Assembly: GCA_965215195.1 (NCBI GenBank)
Contig: CBDCDC010000001.1
Span: 384,001-448,000, forward strand
Reading direction: 5' to 3'
Source: Candidatus Latescibacterota bacterium
Lineage (GTDB): Bacteria > Latescibacterota > UBA2968 > UBA8231
Length of the DNA stretch: 64,000 bases
The position numbers and the translations under genes are program-made. Below the pieces are notes generated by a model. That model was not told the DNA's origin. It did no database searches and saw only the letters and a list, made by a program, of their open reading frames with translations. This document shows positions 17,699 to 27,123 of the stretch, in pieces; position 1 is the first letter of the stretch; each line of letters opens with the position of its first letter.

Positions 17699-19336
17699 AG
17701 TGGCATGCCTGAGTTGAGCGATTCGCAATCGAGAAGACGGCCCTTCACCCTGCTTATTGTCTTCATCGCCGTGCTGGGAGCGGTACATATATTGGTCCGC
17801 ACCTCCACTTACGGCGCGGCTGTCGGCGTGGACGCCACAGTTTACCTGTCCACGGCTGTAAACCTCTTGGCCGGAGAGGGTTTGCAACACTTCGCAGGCG
17901 GCAACCTCTTGGCGTACCCGCCCCTGTTCTCCCTGCTCCTCGCGGCTATCGGGCTTTTGGGAATCGAGCCGCTGGAGGCGGGCCGGTGGGTCAACGCCGC
18001 CGCCTTCGGGCTGACCATCCTATCGGCGGGCCTCTATCTGTGCCGCCACCTCCGCTCGCCCGCCGCACCCTACTTGGCACTGGCGGCCAGCGTGCTCCTA
18101 ATGGCCTCCTTTCCCTTGAACGATGTCGCGTCAAAGCTCTTGACTGAGCCGCTCTTCGTCCTGTTCACGCTCCTCGCCTTAATGCAGTTGGCGTCCTTCC
18201 TGCACCGGAGGACGGCCTACCTTCCCCTGATGTTGGCAGGGGTTTTCAGCGCCTTGGCCGCGGCGATTCGCTATCCGGGAGTAGCCCTGATCTGCGCCGG
18301 AGTCCTGTTGCTGCTGGCGCATCGGACGCCACCCTTTGCCGCACGGCTGAAGTATGCCTTTGTATTTGGCGCCGTTTCGTCCATTCCCTTGGCGGCGGCA
18401 CTGGCCCGGAACTGGGCGATCTCCGGGACGCTGACAGGGCAGCGAAACGCGTCGGAGTTGTCCCTGTTCGACTCGCTGCGCCAAGTGGCGTATGCATTCA
18501 AGAAGTGGTTGGTCCCCCCGCACGCGCCGGACGAGTCCGCTTATCTTTTGTGGCTCGCCGTCGGGGTCGGGTTGGTGGTTCTGGCCGGCGCGGCAGTAGT
18601 CCTTCGGTCCACTAAAATGCAAAGCGATGGTAGGTCCGGGGGCTGGAATGACGGAGAGGCCGCGCCGGCGTATTTCAGCTTGGGGCCGGCTATTCCATTC
18701 GGGGCGTTCGTCTTGGTCTATCTGGTATTCATGGTTGCCGTCGCGATGTTGCCAATCAGTCCGAAAATCTACAGCCGATACCTTCTGCCGGTTTACGTGC
18801 CGCTGCTTTTGGCGGCGGTGTTCCTGCTCGATCGGTTCCTGTGCATTGGGGCGGCCGGCCGCGCGGTTGCCGCGAGGTGGGTTGTGGTTTCCCTCATTCT
18901 GATAGGTGCCTCGCTCCACGTCGGCTTCTCGGCGCAAAGGAACCTCCGTTTTACCGCCATAGCATTGGAATCCGGGTACTGGGGCCTGACATTGCACCCA
19001 CCTTACAACGTCGCCTACTGGGAAAATTCCGCGACGCTGGATTACATCAGGACCAACCGCATCAATAGCGGGTTTTACACCAACAATCCCTATCTTGCTT
19101 GGTTTAGGGACAGGACCGCCGCCCCGGGAAAATACCACAGTCTCCCGCGCCGCATTCCCGATTTGGCGCAGTCCATGATGCAGTGGACCGAGGACGGTGC
19201 CGGCGCAGATATCGTTTGGTTCAACGGTCAAAATGGTTACAACTACGACGCCATTGACGTCCGCCTCCTGCCCGGCGTGGAGGTGGTGGCCGAGTTGTCC
19301 GACGGCGTTGTGTTCCGCGTCCACAATAGCAAATAG
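17675..19336 (+). CDS. GT-C fold (ArnT/PMT-like) membrane glycosyltransferase
   Basis: DATVYLSTA.NL..G.G, YPPLF, LTEPLF and IRYPG motifs with many TM helices. Start uncertain (17675 or 17705). Confidence 0.7.
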   Translation: MQQPRSRASGMPELSDSQSRRRPFTLLIVFIAVLGAVHILVRTSTYGAAVGVDATVYLSTAVNLLAGEGLQHFAGGNLLAYPPLFSLLLAAIGLLGIEPLEAGRWVNAAAFGLTILSAGLYLCRHLRSPAAPYLALAASVLLMASFPLNDVASKLLTEPLFVLFTLLALMQLASFLHRRTAYLPLMLAGVFSALAAAIRYPGVALICAGVLLLLAHRTPPFAARLKYAFVFGAVSSIPLAAALARNWAISGTLTGQRNASELSLFDSLRQVAYAFKKWLVPPHAPDESAYLLWLAVGVGLVVLAGAAVVLRSTKMQSDGRSGGWNDGEAAPAYFSLGPAIPFGAFVLVYLVFMVAVAMLPISPKIYSRYLLPVYVPLLLAAVFLLDRFLCIGAAGRAVAARWVVVSLILIGASLHVGFSAQRNLRFTAIALESGYWGLTLHPPYNVAYWENSATLDYIRTNRINSGFYTNNPYLAWFRDRTAAPGKYHSLPRRIPDLAQSMMQWTEDGAGADIVWFNGQNGYNYDAIDVRLLPGVEVVAELSDGVVFRVHNSK

Positions 19337-19345
19337 GGAACAAAA

Positions 19346-20776
19346 ATGAACCCGTGCTCCCCCCGCAAATTAATCTCCCTACAGCAGGCTTTCGAGACTC
19401 CGCTGGACGAGGCCAATCACTACTACAGGCGGCATGTGAACGACAAGCTGCTCAGTCTCTATTCGATTCTCGGCACCGGCAATTTGGAGTACACAAGCGC
19501 ACTAGGATCCGAGCTCAAACTGGCCGATGGGACGACCGTTCTCGATTTCACTTCGGCGATGGGCAGCCTTTCATTGGGCCACAACCATCCGCGCATCGTG
19601 GCGGCCGAAAGAGCCTGCCACAACCGCGAATTAGTCGATATAATGAAAGTCGGGCCGAGCAGGATCCAAGGCGTTCTCGCCTACAACATCGCCCAGCTCT
19701 TGGGACCGGCACTCGACACCACGATATTCTGCGTCACCGGTGCCGAAGCCGTCGAGGCGGCGATGAAACTCTGCGAGATCGCCCAAGGTCCCAAACGACG
19801 CAAATTCCTCGTGGCCACCGGGTCCTTCCACGGCAAATCGCACACCACGCTGTCGATAACAAAGAGCGGCGACTACGGACGCGGCGTGCTCCGAGGGCTG
19901 CCGCCCGAATGCATCCTCGAGGTGCCTTTCGGCGACGCGGACGCGGCCAGAGAGCAGATCGCAGTTCATGCCGACAGCATCGTTGCCGCGATCCTCGAAC
20001 CAATTCAAGGTCAGGCCGTGGTCGTGCCGCCAAACGGGTATCTCAACGAGATGGGGAACCTCTGCAAAGACGCCGGCATTCTGCTGGTGTTCGACGAAAC
20101 AAAGGTCGGGCTATGCAGAACCGGCCGGATGTTCGCATACGAGTGGGACGCCGCCGCACCGGACGCGCTCGTGTTCGGCAAGGCTCTCGGAGGAGGCAAA
20201 CGCGCAGTTTCAGTCGTTGCGACCTCCCGCGAACTCTTCCGCAAAGCCTATGGCAAGAGGCAGTCCTGCGCGTTGCAAACGACGACCTTTGGGGGCATCG
20301 GCGAGTCGTGCGCGGTGGCGATTGAAGCGCTCAATATCATGGTGGACCAAGGGCTGGCCGCCCAAGCCGAGAGCAAGGGAGCATACCTACACGCCGGGCT
20401 GCAACGAATCCAAGAGCGATTCCCCGCATTCGTGCGCGAGACGCGAGGCCGGGGCCTGTTTCAAGGCATCCGCTTGCGGCTCCAGCCTCGCGTCACGGCT
20501 GCGTTCGGTGTGCTCGATACGAAAACCGTCAAATCCGCCACGGCCGCTGCCTTTATAAACTACATGCTGCGCAAGCACCGCATACTCCTGCATTTCCTCG
20601 ACAGCGACCCCGACGTGATTCACATAATGCCGCCGCTGACCGCCTCAACCGAGGAACTCGACCGGCTCTTGTACGCCCTAGAGGCCACGTTTGAAGCCGG
20701 TTTGGCGCGCATTGCGTCGAATTTCGCCGAGCATCTCGGGGAGCAGGCACTTGCCTTTCTAAAGAGTGGAGAGTAG
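19346..20776 (+). CDS. Class III PLP-dependent aminotransferase
   Basis: LGHNHP, GAEAVEAA, SFHG, LEPIQG, FDETKVGLCRTG, GKALGGG and TTFGG motifs. Confidence 0.9.
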   Translation: MNPCSPRKLISLQQAFETPLDEANHYYRRHVNDKLLSLYSILGTGNLEYTSALGSELKLADGTTVLDFTSAMGSLSLGHNHPRIVAAERACHNRELVDIMKVGPSRIQGVLAYNIAQLLGPALDTTIFCVTGAEAVEAAMKLCEIAQGPKRRKFLVATGSFHGKSHTTLSITKSGDYGRGVLRGLPPECILEVPFGDADAAREQIAVHADSIVAAILEPIQGQAVVVPPNGYLNEMGNLCKDAGILLVFDETKVGLCRTGRMFAYEWDAAAPDALVFGKALGGGKRAVSVVATSRELFRKAYGKRQSCALQTTTFGGIGESCAVAIEALNIMVDQGLAAQAESKGAYLHAGLQRIQERFPAFVRETRGRGLFQGIRLRLQPRVTAAFGVLDTKTVKSATAAAFINYMLRKHRILLHFLDSDPDVIHIMPPLTASTEELDRLLYALEATFEAGLARIASNFAEHLGEQALAFLKSGE

Positions 20777-20782
20777 GTCAAG

Positions 20783-21385
20783 TCAGTCAAGCCGCTGCAA
20801 TGAGACGACTCGCAGCCCATTGACTTCTTCCAGCACCTCGGTTTTCCAAGAACCCGTCAAAGACATTTCCGCTCTGTACAAAGACATCATAACCACGCCT
20901 CCTTGCTCCAAATGGCGCGGCACCTGTTCGAGAAAACGGCGCAGCAGTTCTCTCCTTTGTTTCCCGACGAAGAAATACGCGATGGCGATGACGACGCGGT
21001 TGTTGCGCGGCATCAGGGACTTTACGAACTCCAGCGGTGCCGCAGGAGCTGATGTGTGCCCCAAAGGAGGATTGAAAACAATCAGATCGAATAGACCGGA
21101 GACGTCACTGAAAAGGTCGCTGTACTTGAACTTTAGCTGCATGTTGTTTGCCCGAGCGTTGCGATCTGCACACTGGAGCGCGGTGCCGTTGACGTCTACA
21201 CCCATGCACCGCCAGCCGCGAGACCGAAGGTATAGCGCGATGAAGCCGGTTCCGCTGCCCATGTCCAGCGCCGTCCGGCCCGCTTGTCGCCCCGCGTGAT
21301 GCGCCATCCTAAGGGTATCGGGGCCAACCCGGGAGACCCCGGGCCAGTTGTTGACGAGAATGTCGTTGAATTCCTTGTACTGCAT
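20783..21385 (-). CDS. Class I SAM-dependent methyltransferase (HemK/MTS-like)
   Basis: LDMGSGTG and DLIVFNPP motifs. Start moved to ATG 21385. Confidence 0.8.
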   Translation of the reverse strand: MQYKEFNDILVNNWPGVSRVGPDTLRMAHHAGRQAGRTALDMGSGTGFIALYLRSRGWRCMGVDVNGTALQCADRNARANNMQLKFKYSDLFSDVSGLFDLIVFNPPLGHTSAPAAPLEFVKSLMPRNNRVVIAIAYFFVGKQRRELLRRFLEQVPRHLEQGGVVMMSLYRAEMSLTGSWKTEVLEEVNGLRVVSLQRLD

Positions 21386-21398
21386 CTGGAGACGTCCC

Positions 21399-23201
21399 CT
21401 ATGGGCTGATCGACGCGGACATGGGTGGGGCTGCCGACCCGCCGGTCGGCTCCAGCCGGATAAAGGTCTTGAGCAGCTCCCACTGCCAAGAGTGCGGAAA
21501 GCCGTAAGGGTCTTGCTGGCTCGGCCAGCCAGTCCAGCGGGAGGTGTTGCAAGGGTAGCGGATAATGAGCTGCGCCAAGAAGATGTCGGGCAACTCCCCC
21601 ACCCAGATTTCCATGGCCTCGGCGAACAGCTCCAGCAGTTCCTCGTCGCCGACCTGTAGGGGCGCGATGCGCTCGACAATGCGGTCGAACTCCTCGTTGC
21701 GCCAGCGCGAGGTAGTGGACCACAGCGGCGCCGGCTGTCCGGTGGGCCGGAAGTACTGCGAGGTGTAGTACGACAGCATCAGGTAGGGGTCCATGCCGCG
21801 CACCCCGCTAGGCCCCTTGCAGCCGAGGGAGACCGCCTGCTCCCCGGTCTGCACCAGAGAAGTTAGGCCGGGCGAGGTGTCGAAGTTCGCATCAAAACCA
21901 GCGTCGCGTAGCTGCTGGGTCAGCGGCGGACCGTAGGCTCGCAGCCACTGCGGCACGTACATGGCGATCTCGACGCGCTCGCCCTCCGAGCTGACCCACA
22001 AGCCCTCGTCATCCTTGCGATAGCCTTTCCCCTCCATGATCCGGTCCACCTCTTGCAAGTGCGGCTGGGCGTCGTACCCGTGCCGCGCGAGAATCTCCTG
22101 CAGGGCCTCGTCAAAAGGCGCGAACCATTCGTAGGGCGTAAAGGGATGCAGCGCGACCACGCCGGCCCCGGACTCGGCTAGCTGGACGAGTTTCTCCCGG
22201 TCGATGGCCATGCTGATCGCCCGGCGAATCTGCGGATCGTCAAAGGGCGGCTCCGAGCAGTTCACATTGAGGTCGATGGGACACCAGTCGAGGTAGCCAT
22301 ACGGCGGTTGCCTGTCGGAGAAGGTCACGACCCGCGCATTGCGCTCCAACACGCTTTCGAGGGTGAGCACCTGCATGATGGGGGCCATGTCGAGCTGATC
22401 GGTCAGCAGCAGTTGCGCGGCTTGGCTCTCCTCCTGCTGCGGCACGTAGATGATTCGCTGAATTCGCGGCAGCCGCTTGAACCCGGTCTTAGCCGCCCAC
22501 CAGTCCTCGCGCAGGTCGTAGATCTTCTGGTGCGGCGAAGCATGCACGAGGCGGTAGGGACCCGTGCCGAGGGGCAAGCCGCCGTCGATGTCGTGGAACG
22601 TGAACTCTAGGGGGTCTTGGTCTTTCCAGATGTGCTCGGGCAAGACGAAGATGCCGTGGTTGCTGCTCAGGGTGGTCGCCCAAAACGCCGGTCCCGCCTT
22701 TTTCAGCACCAGCCGCACGGTGTGGTCATCGACGACCTCGGTGGAGTCGAAGAACTCGGGCAGATCGGCCAGATGCACCATGGACTCGGCGTGAGTGCGC
22801 AGCAGGTCAAAAGTGAAGGCCACGTCGCGCGCGGTGAACGGGACGCCGTCGGCCCATTCGATGCCCTCGCGGATCTTCACGGTGAGCGCGGTCGAGCTGT
22901 CGTCGTACTCCCAGCTTTCGGCCAGCCAGTTCTCGTATTCCCCGGTGAGCACATTGTACATGATCAGCGGCTCAAACACGGCCGGCAGCGTGCCCATGTG
23001 GAATCCCTGATCGGAGCCGGGGATGTAGGGGTTTTGATTGTCGAACAGGGCATACTGGTTTGGGCCGCCGTTCATCAAGATCAGGGTGCGGTCTCGGGGG
23101 ACGTCGTCCAGCACCACGGCCGGCCCGCAGCTAACCAGCACCGCACATGCCGCAAGCAGGAACAGCGGCACCCCTTGTATGTTGAAGTTATTGTTCTTCA
23201 A
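21399..23201 (-). CDS. Peptide/nickel ABC transporter substrate-binding lipoprotein (family 5)
   Basis: Lipobox LVSC, WLAESW, WADGVPFTARDVAFT and GTGPY motifs. No good RBS or ATG; start is TTG 23201 or GTG 23171. Confidence 0.85.
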   Translation of the reverse strand: MKNNNFNIQGVPLFLLAACAVLVSCGPAVVLDDVPRDRTLILMNGGPNQYALFDNQNPYIPGSDQGFHMGTLPAVFEPLIMYNVLTGEYENWLAESWEYDDSSTALTVKIREGIEWADGVPFTARDVAFTFDLLRTHAESMVHLADLPEFFDSTEVVDDHTVRLVLKKAGPAFWATTLSSNHGIFVLPEHIWKDQDPLEFTFHDIDGGLPLGTGPYRLVHASPHQKIYDLREDWWAAKTGFKRLPRIQRIIYVPQQEESQAAQLLLTDQLDMAPIMQVLTLESVLERNARVVTFSDRQPPYGYLDWCPIDLNVNCSEPPFDDPQIRRAISMAIDREKLVQLAESGAGVVALHPFTPYEWFAPFDEALQEILARHGYDAQPHLQEVDRIMEGKGYRKDDEGLWVSSEGERVEIAMYVPQWLRAYGPPLTQQLRDAGFDANFDTSPGLTSLVQTGEQAVSLGCKGPSGVRGMDPYLMLSYYTSQYFRPTGQPAPLWSTTSRWRNEEFDRIVERIAPLQVGDEELLELFAEAMEIWVGELPDIFLAQLIIRYPCNTSRWTGWPSQQDPYGFPHSWQWELLKTFIRLEPTGGSAAPPMSASISP

Positions 23202-23226
23202 AGGAATAGGATTGGGAACGGCAAGG

Positions 23227-23437
23227 CTATGCGTCCTCGCGCGACCGCTGTATTTGGTTGGCGAGCGTCTCGACATCTGGCGCAGTAAGCCATTGCTGTC
23301 GATCAACCGAGTAATTGTCTTTGCCCGTTTCGTACTGATGGAAAAAACGAATCGTTCCAAATTAGGTCGAGTTTATGCAAAAGGGCCTCAATATCGAGTT
23401 CGTGAATCTGATTCGCCGTCATCTTTAGGGCGTTCAT
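23227..23437 (-). pseudogene. Frameshifted small protein of about 70 aa (putative antitoxin-like)
   Basis: MNALKMTANQIHELDIEALLHKLDLI continues, after skipping one T near 23360, as GTIRFFHQYETGKDNYSVDRQQWLTAPDVETLANQIQRSREDA*. Confidence 0.6.
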
Positions 23438-23462
23438 TTCGACAGGTTCAACAAGCGGACTA

Positions 23463-23535
23463 ATAAGACGCGCATAAGACGCGCATAAGACGCGCATAAG
23501 ACGCGCATAAGACGCGCATAAGACGCGCATAAGAC
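23463..23535. repeat. Perfect tandem repeat (ATAAGACGCGC) x 6.6
   Basis: Six exact 11-bp units plus ATAAGAC. Confidence 0.97.
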
Positions 23536-23571
23536 ATTAAACGTTTTATTCGCCGAACTCGGCAAATAATC

Positions 23572-24975
23572 CTATCGGCTTCGCACCCTGTTCCACCGCG
23601 CCACCTGACCGCGGCCCATGGATACGACCAGCCCCCGTTTCTTCAATACCGCCAAAGCCCATCGCACTTGTCGTTTGCTGGCATCAAGCCGGAGCCGGGG
23701 ACGAATCTCGCGCAATGCCAAGCCGTCGTCTGCCTGATCCAGCAAGGTGAGAATTGCCTGCTGTAGGTCCGTCAGCCCTGCTCGGCCTCCTTTGGAAGGT
23801 ACATAGTGCCCATGTCGAAAGCACACCGTGATACATCCACCGGCATCCTCAATTTCGGGGCGCGGCAACCCTGCCGCAGTTGTCAGTTCCGCCATCTTGA
23901 GCGTCCCACGCCCCCATTCTTCGATAAGGCCGCGACGATAAAAAGTACGGGCGATCAGCGGGTTCCAAGGCAGTGATTCGTGCGGCGCGAACAGCTTCTC
24001 TGGGGTCAACCCAAAATGCAGCGTACCAGAAGAAGTCACCTCCAAGCGATCGTCGTACACTGCCACGCCTACGGAACCGCCGCCGATCGCGTAATCGCGA
24101 TGGCACAGAGCATTCGCCAGCGACTCGCGCAGTGCGAGGGGCGGATAGAGCGGCTCGTCGATTCGCTCGAAGCGATCCGCTTCAAAGCGTCCGGCGATGG
24201 GCAAAGTATCGCGCAGAAAGCGTTCCGCACTCGCCAAGAGCACAAAGGCGTTGCCGTGGAATTGTCGATTGTCGAGAAACTCCGTGCGGTCGAGGCCCCG
24301 GAAGCGAGCGACGCGAAGCAAACATTGCGGCATCTCAAATTCGAGGCACTCGGCAGTGCCGAACAGTACGGCCGCCGCACGCAACAAGACTCCGTGCCGA
24401 AAAAGCCCCAAGCCGCGCAGCAACTCGGTCGGTTCCCTAGTCCCTGGGTCTTCCAATCGGCCGCGCCGGATCGCCTCGGCAACCGTGCGTCGAATCTCTC
24501 CCACATCGAGGTCTTCGACTGACCACCCAATGGCCGGCTGATTCTCCCAGCGTTGCTCGCTGTGCATGCGCTCAAAGAGCATCCGATTGTACTCATCGGC
24601 CGACATTGCTACGGTGGTATTGCCAATCCGGCGATAGGCCGCACCCCGGTAAACATACGGTCTCGCCGGTCCCTGAGTTGCGCTGATCACAATCACCTCG
24701 CGATTTCCCGCTATGGGAACTCGTTCGACCGGAGGAAAGGCCGGCGGATCGATCTTTTGAATCTCAGCACTCACCTCCTCAATCGTCCGCTCGCTCACCT
24801 GCTGGCCAACCACATTTCCCGTCGGCGCGACACCAAACAGAACGTGCCCCCCGCGTTGGTTGAGCATAGCACACACGGTTCTGAGTGCCTCTCGGCGCGT
24901 CCCGGTCGTGCTCTTGAACTCCAACACCTCGGATTCGCCGGTTGCGGCCAGTGCTGTGATTTGGTCCGGCGTCAT
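23572..24975 (-). CDS. AlbA_2 (Schlafen-like) plus HATPase_c_4/RecG-C plus HTH protein
   Basis: GESEVLEFK, CAMLNQRGG..LFGV, RESLANALCHRDY, NPLIA and IEEWGRG motifs with a C-terminal wHTH. Start at ATG 24975. Confidence 0.88.
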   Translation of the reverse strand: MTPDQITALAATGESEVLEFKSTTGTRREALRTVCAMLNQRGGHVLFGVAPTGNVVGQQVSERTIEEVSAEIQKIDPPAFPPVERVPIAGNREVIVISATQGPARPYVYRGAAYRRIGNTTVAMSADEYNRMLFERMHSEQRWENQPAIGWSVEDLDVGEIRRTVAEAIRRGRLEDPGTREPTELLRGLGLFRHGVLLRAAAVLFGTAECLEFEMPQCLLRVARFRGLDRTEFLDNRQFHGNAFVLLASAERFLRDTLPIAGRFEADRFERIDEPLYPPLALRESLANALCHRDYAIGGGSVGVAVYDDRLEVTSSGTLHFGLTPEKLFAPHESLPWNPLIARTFYRRGLIEEWGRGTLKMAELTTAAGLPRPEIEDAGGCITVCFRHGHYVPSKGGRAGLTDLQQAILTLLDQADDGLALREIRPRLRLDASKRQVRWALAVLKKRGLVVSMGRGQVARWNRVRSR

Positions 24976-25111
24976 GGGATTAGCTCGTTTCGACAGGTTC
25001 AATGAGTGGGTGTGATTGCCGATCCGCGCCTCGTGCGCGTCTGCGTTGTCGAGACGGTTTTTGGGCGATGAGAATGCAGCGGGTGGCTCGTGGTTGCGGG
25101 CACCACATCGT

Positions 25112-26146
25112 TCACCCTCCTCCGTAGGACAGGCCGGCGACCTGCTCTTCCGACAGCACGGCGGCGTCCTCGTAGAGGTAGCAAGCCGCAGCGCGGCCAG
25201 CATCGGTCTGCACCAGCGGCGGACGCTGCTGGCGACAGCGCGGCATGACGTGGGGGCAGCGCTCGGCAAAGGCGCAGCCGCCAGTGGCGCTCGGGACCTG
25301 TGTGTCCTCTTCCACAGTCGGCGACTCAACCGCGCCTGCGCCCCAGCGGCGTTTTGCGTCCGGCAACGGGATCGAACTTACCAGTAGCTGCGTGTAGGGA
25401 TGTTTCGGCCCCTTGATGACCTGCTCCACGTCGCCCACCTCGACCACCGCACCTTGGTACATGACGAGAATGGTGTGGCTCAGTTGGTACGCGGTAGTCA
25501 GGTCGTGGGTGATGTACACGAGACTGATGCCGCGCTCCCGATGAATGCGGGACAGCGTCTCCAAGATGGTAGCGCGCAATGAGGCGTCCACCATGGACAC
25601 CGGCTCGTCGGCCACGATCACGCGCGGGTCGAGCAGCAGGGCCCGCGCCACCATGATACGCTGGCGCTGACCGCCGCTCAGTTGATGGGGATAACGCCCG
25701 AGAGTCTCCTCCGGGCGCAGGCCGACCGCTTGCAGCCCCTCCTCAATCCGCTGCCGCCGCTCGGGGCGCGAAAGCTCCGGGAAGAATTTGGCGACCGGCA
25801 CCGTTAGAGTGTGATCCACCCGGTAGAACGGGTTGAACACCTCAAAGGGGTCCTGAAATACGGCCTGCACCTGCCGGCGAAAGGTCTGCCGCGCCTTGGC
25901 GTTGAGCGTGCGCAGCTCCGCGCCCCGGTAGCGCACCGAACCGCCGGTGGGAGGCAGGATGCCCAGCAGCAGGCGCGCCAAGGTGGTCTTGCCGCTGCCG
26001 CTCTCGCCGGCAATGGCCACCACCACGGGATCGTTCTCCGGGATCACCAGCGAGGCGCCGGCGACTGCCGCGATTCGGCGGCGGTCGAACAGGCCGCCGC
26101 CAAAGGTCCGGCTGGCACCCCGCGCTTCTAACAGCGGCGCGCTCAC
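25112..26146 (-). CDS. Oligopeptide ABC transporter ATP-binding protein (OppF-like)
   Basis: GESGSGKT, LSGGQRQR, ADEP, HPYT and a Cys-rich tail. GTGA overlap with the upstream gene. Confidence 0.92.
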   Translation of the reverse strand: MSAPLLEARGASRTFGGGLFDRRRIAAVAGASLVIPENDPVVVAIAGESGSGKTTLARLLLGILPPTGGSVRYRGAELRTLNAKARQTFRRQVQAVFQDPFEVFNPFYRVDHTLTVPVAKFFPELSRPERRQRIEEGLQAVGLRPEETLGRYPHQLSGGQRQRIMVARALLLDPRVIVADEPVSMVDASLRATILETLSRIHRERGISLVYITHDLTTAYQLSHTILVMYQGAVVEVGDVEQVIKGPKHPYTQLLVSSIPLPDAKRRWGAGAVESPTVEEDTQVPSATGGCAFAERCPHVMPRCRQQRPPLVQTDAGRAAACYLYEDAAVLSEEQVAGLSYGGG

Positions 26147-27123
26147 GCCACCTCGTGCAGATGGCAGGCCGCTCGGCGCTCGGCCGCCACCACTTTTAGC
26201 ACCGGTACGCGCTCCGAGCAGCGGTCCATCACCTGCGGACAGCGCGGGTGGAAGGGGCAGCCCGGCGGCGGCTCCAGCAGCGAGGGCGGCAGTCCGGGGA
26301 TGCCGCGGAACACGCCCTTGCGCTCCAGAGACGGCAGGCTTTCTACCAGCAGGCGCGTGTACGGATGCAGCGGCTCTTCGAGCAGACTTTGTACCGGCCC
26401 AAGTTCGGCCAAGCGGCCAGCGTACATCACGCCGATGCGGTCCGCGCACTGGGCCATCAGGCCCATGTCGTGGCCCACCAAAATCACCGCGGCGTCGAGT
26501 TCCTCCTGCACGCGGAACAAGGTGTCCATCACGCGCTTTTGCACGACCACGTCCAAGGCGCTGGTCGGCTCATCGGCGATAATCACCTCGGGGCGCAAGG
26601 CTACGGCAATGGCCATGCCGATGCGCTGTTTCATGCCGCCGCTGAGTTCGTGGGGGTACATGCGCGCTGTCGCCGGGTCCAGCTCGACCAGCGCCAGCAG
26701 GTGCTGCACCCGCTCCTGCAGGGCCTCGCGGTCTGGCCGCGCCTCGTGCGCCTCAATCGTGTCGGCGATCTGCGCACCTACCCGCATCACCGGGTTGAGC
26801 GAGTTCATCACGCCTTGGGGGATCAGGGAGATGCGCGAAAAGCGCACGCCCCGCATCTCCTCCTCGGACAGCGCCAGCAGTTCCAGTTCGCCGAGCTGGA
26901 CTTGGCCCGCTTCGATCCGCCCAGGCGGCCGGATCAGCCGCATCAGGGCCATGGCCGTTGTGGATTTGCCCGAGCCCGACTCGCCTACCAAACCCAGCCG
27001 CTCTCCCCTCCGCAGCTCAAAGCCGACGCCCTCTACGGCGCGCACCGGTCCCCTCGGAGTGTGGTAGTGGACGCGCAGGTCCTGCACCCGCAGCACGACG
27101 CGGCCTTTGCTCTCGGCGTTCAC
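26143..27123 (-). CDS. Oligopeptide ABC transporter ATP-binding protein (OppD-like)
   Basis: GESGSGKS, YPHELSGGMKQR and GCPFHPRC motifs. GTGA overlap with the upstream gene. Confidence 0.92.
   Translation of the reverse strand: MNAESKGRVVLRVQDLRVHYHTPRGPVRAVEGVGFELRRGERLGLVGESGSGKSTTAMALMRLIRPPGRIEAGQVQLGELELLALSEEEMRGVRFSRISLIPQGVMNSLNPVMRVGAQIADTIEAHEARPDREALQERVQHLLALVELDPATARMYPHELSGGMKQRIGMAIAVALRPEVIIADEPTSALDVVVQKRVMDTLFRVQEELDAAVILVGHDMGLMAQCADRIGVMYAGRLAELGPVQSLLEEPLHPYTRLLVESLPSLERKGVFRGIPGLPPSLLEPPPGCPFHPRCPQVMDRCSERVPVLKVVAAERRAACHLHEVA

Larger units (their letters stand above)
23437..25002. repeat. 15-bp perfect direct repeat TTTCGACAGGTTCAA (23437-23451 and 24988-25002) flanking the AlbA gene
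   Basis: Exact match read from the sequence. Confidence 0.85.

Noticed and set aside
23463-23535. CRISPR array
   Set aside because: The units are 11 bp, directly adjacent, have no spacers, and no cas genes are present.
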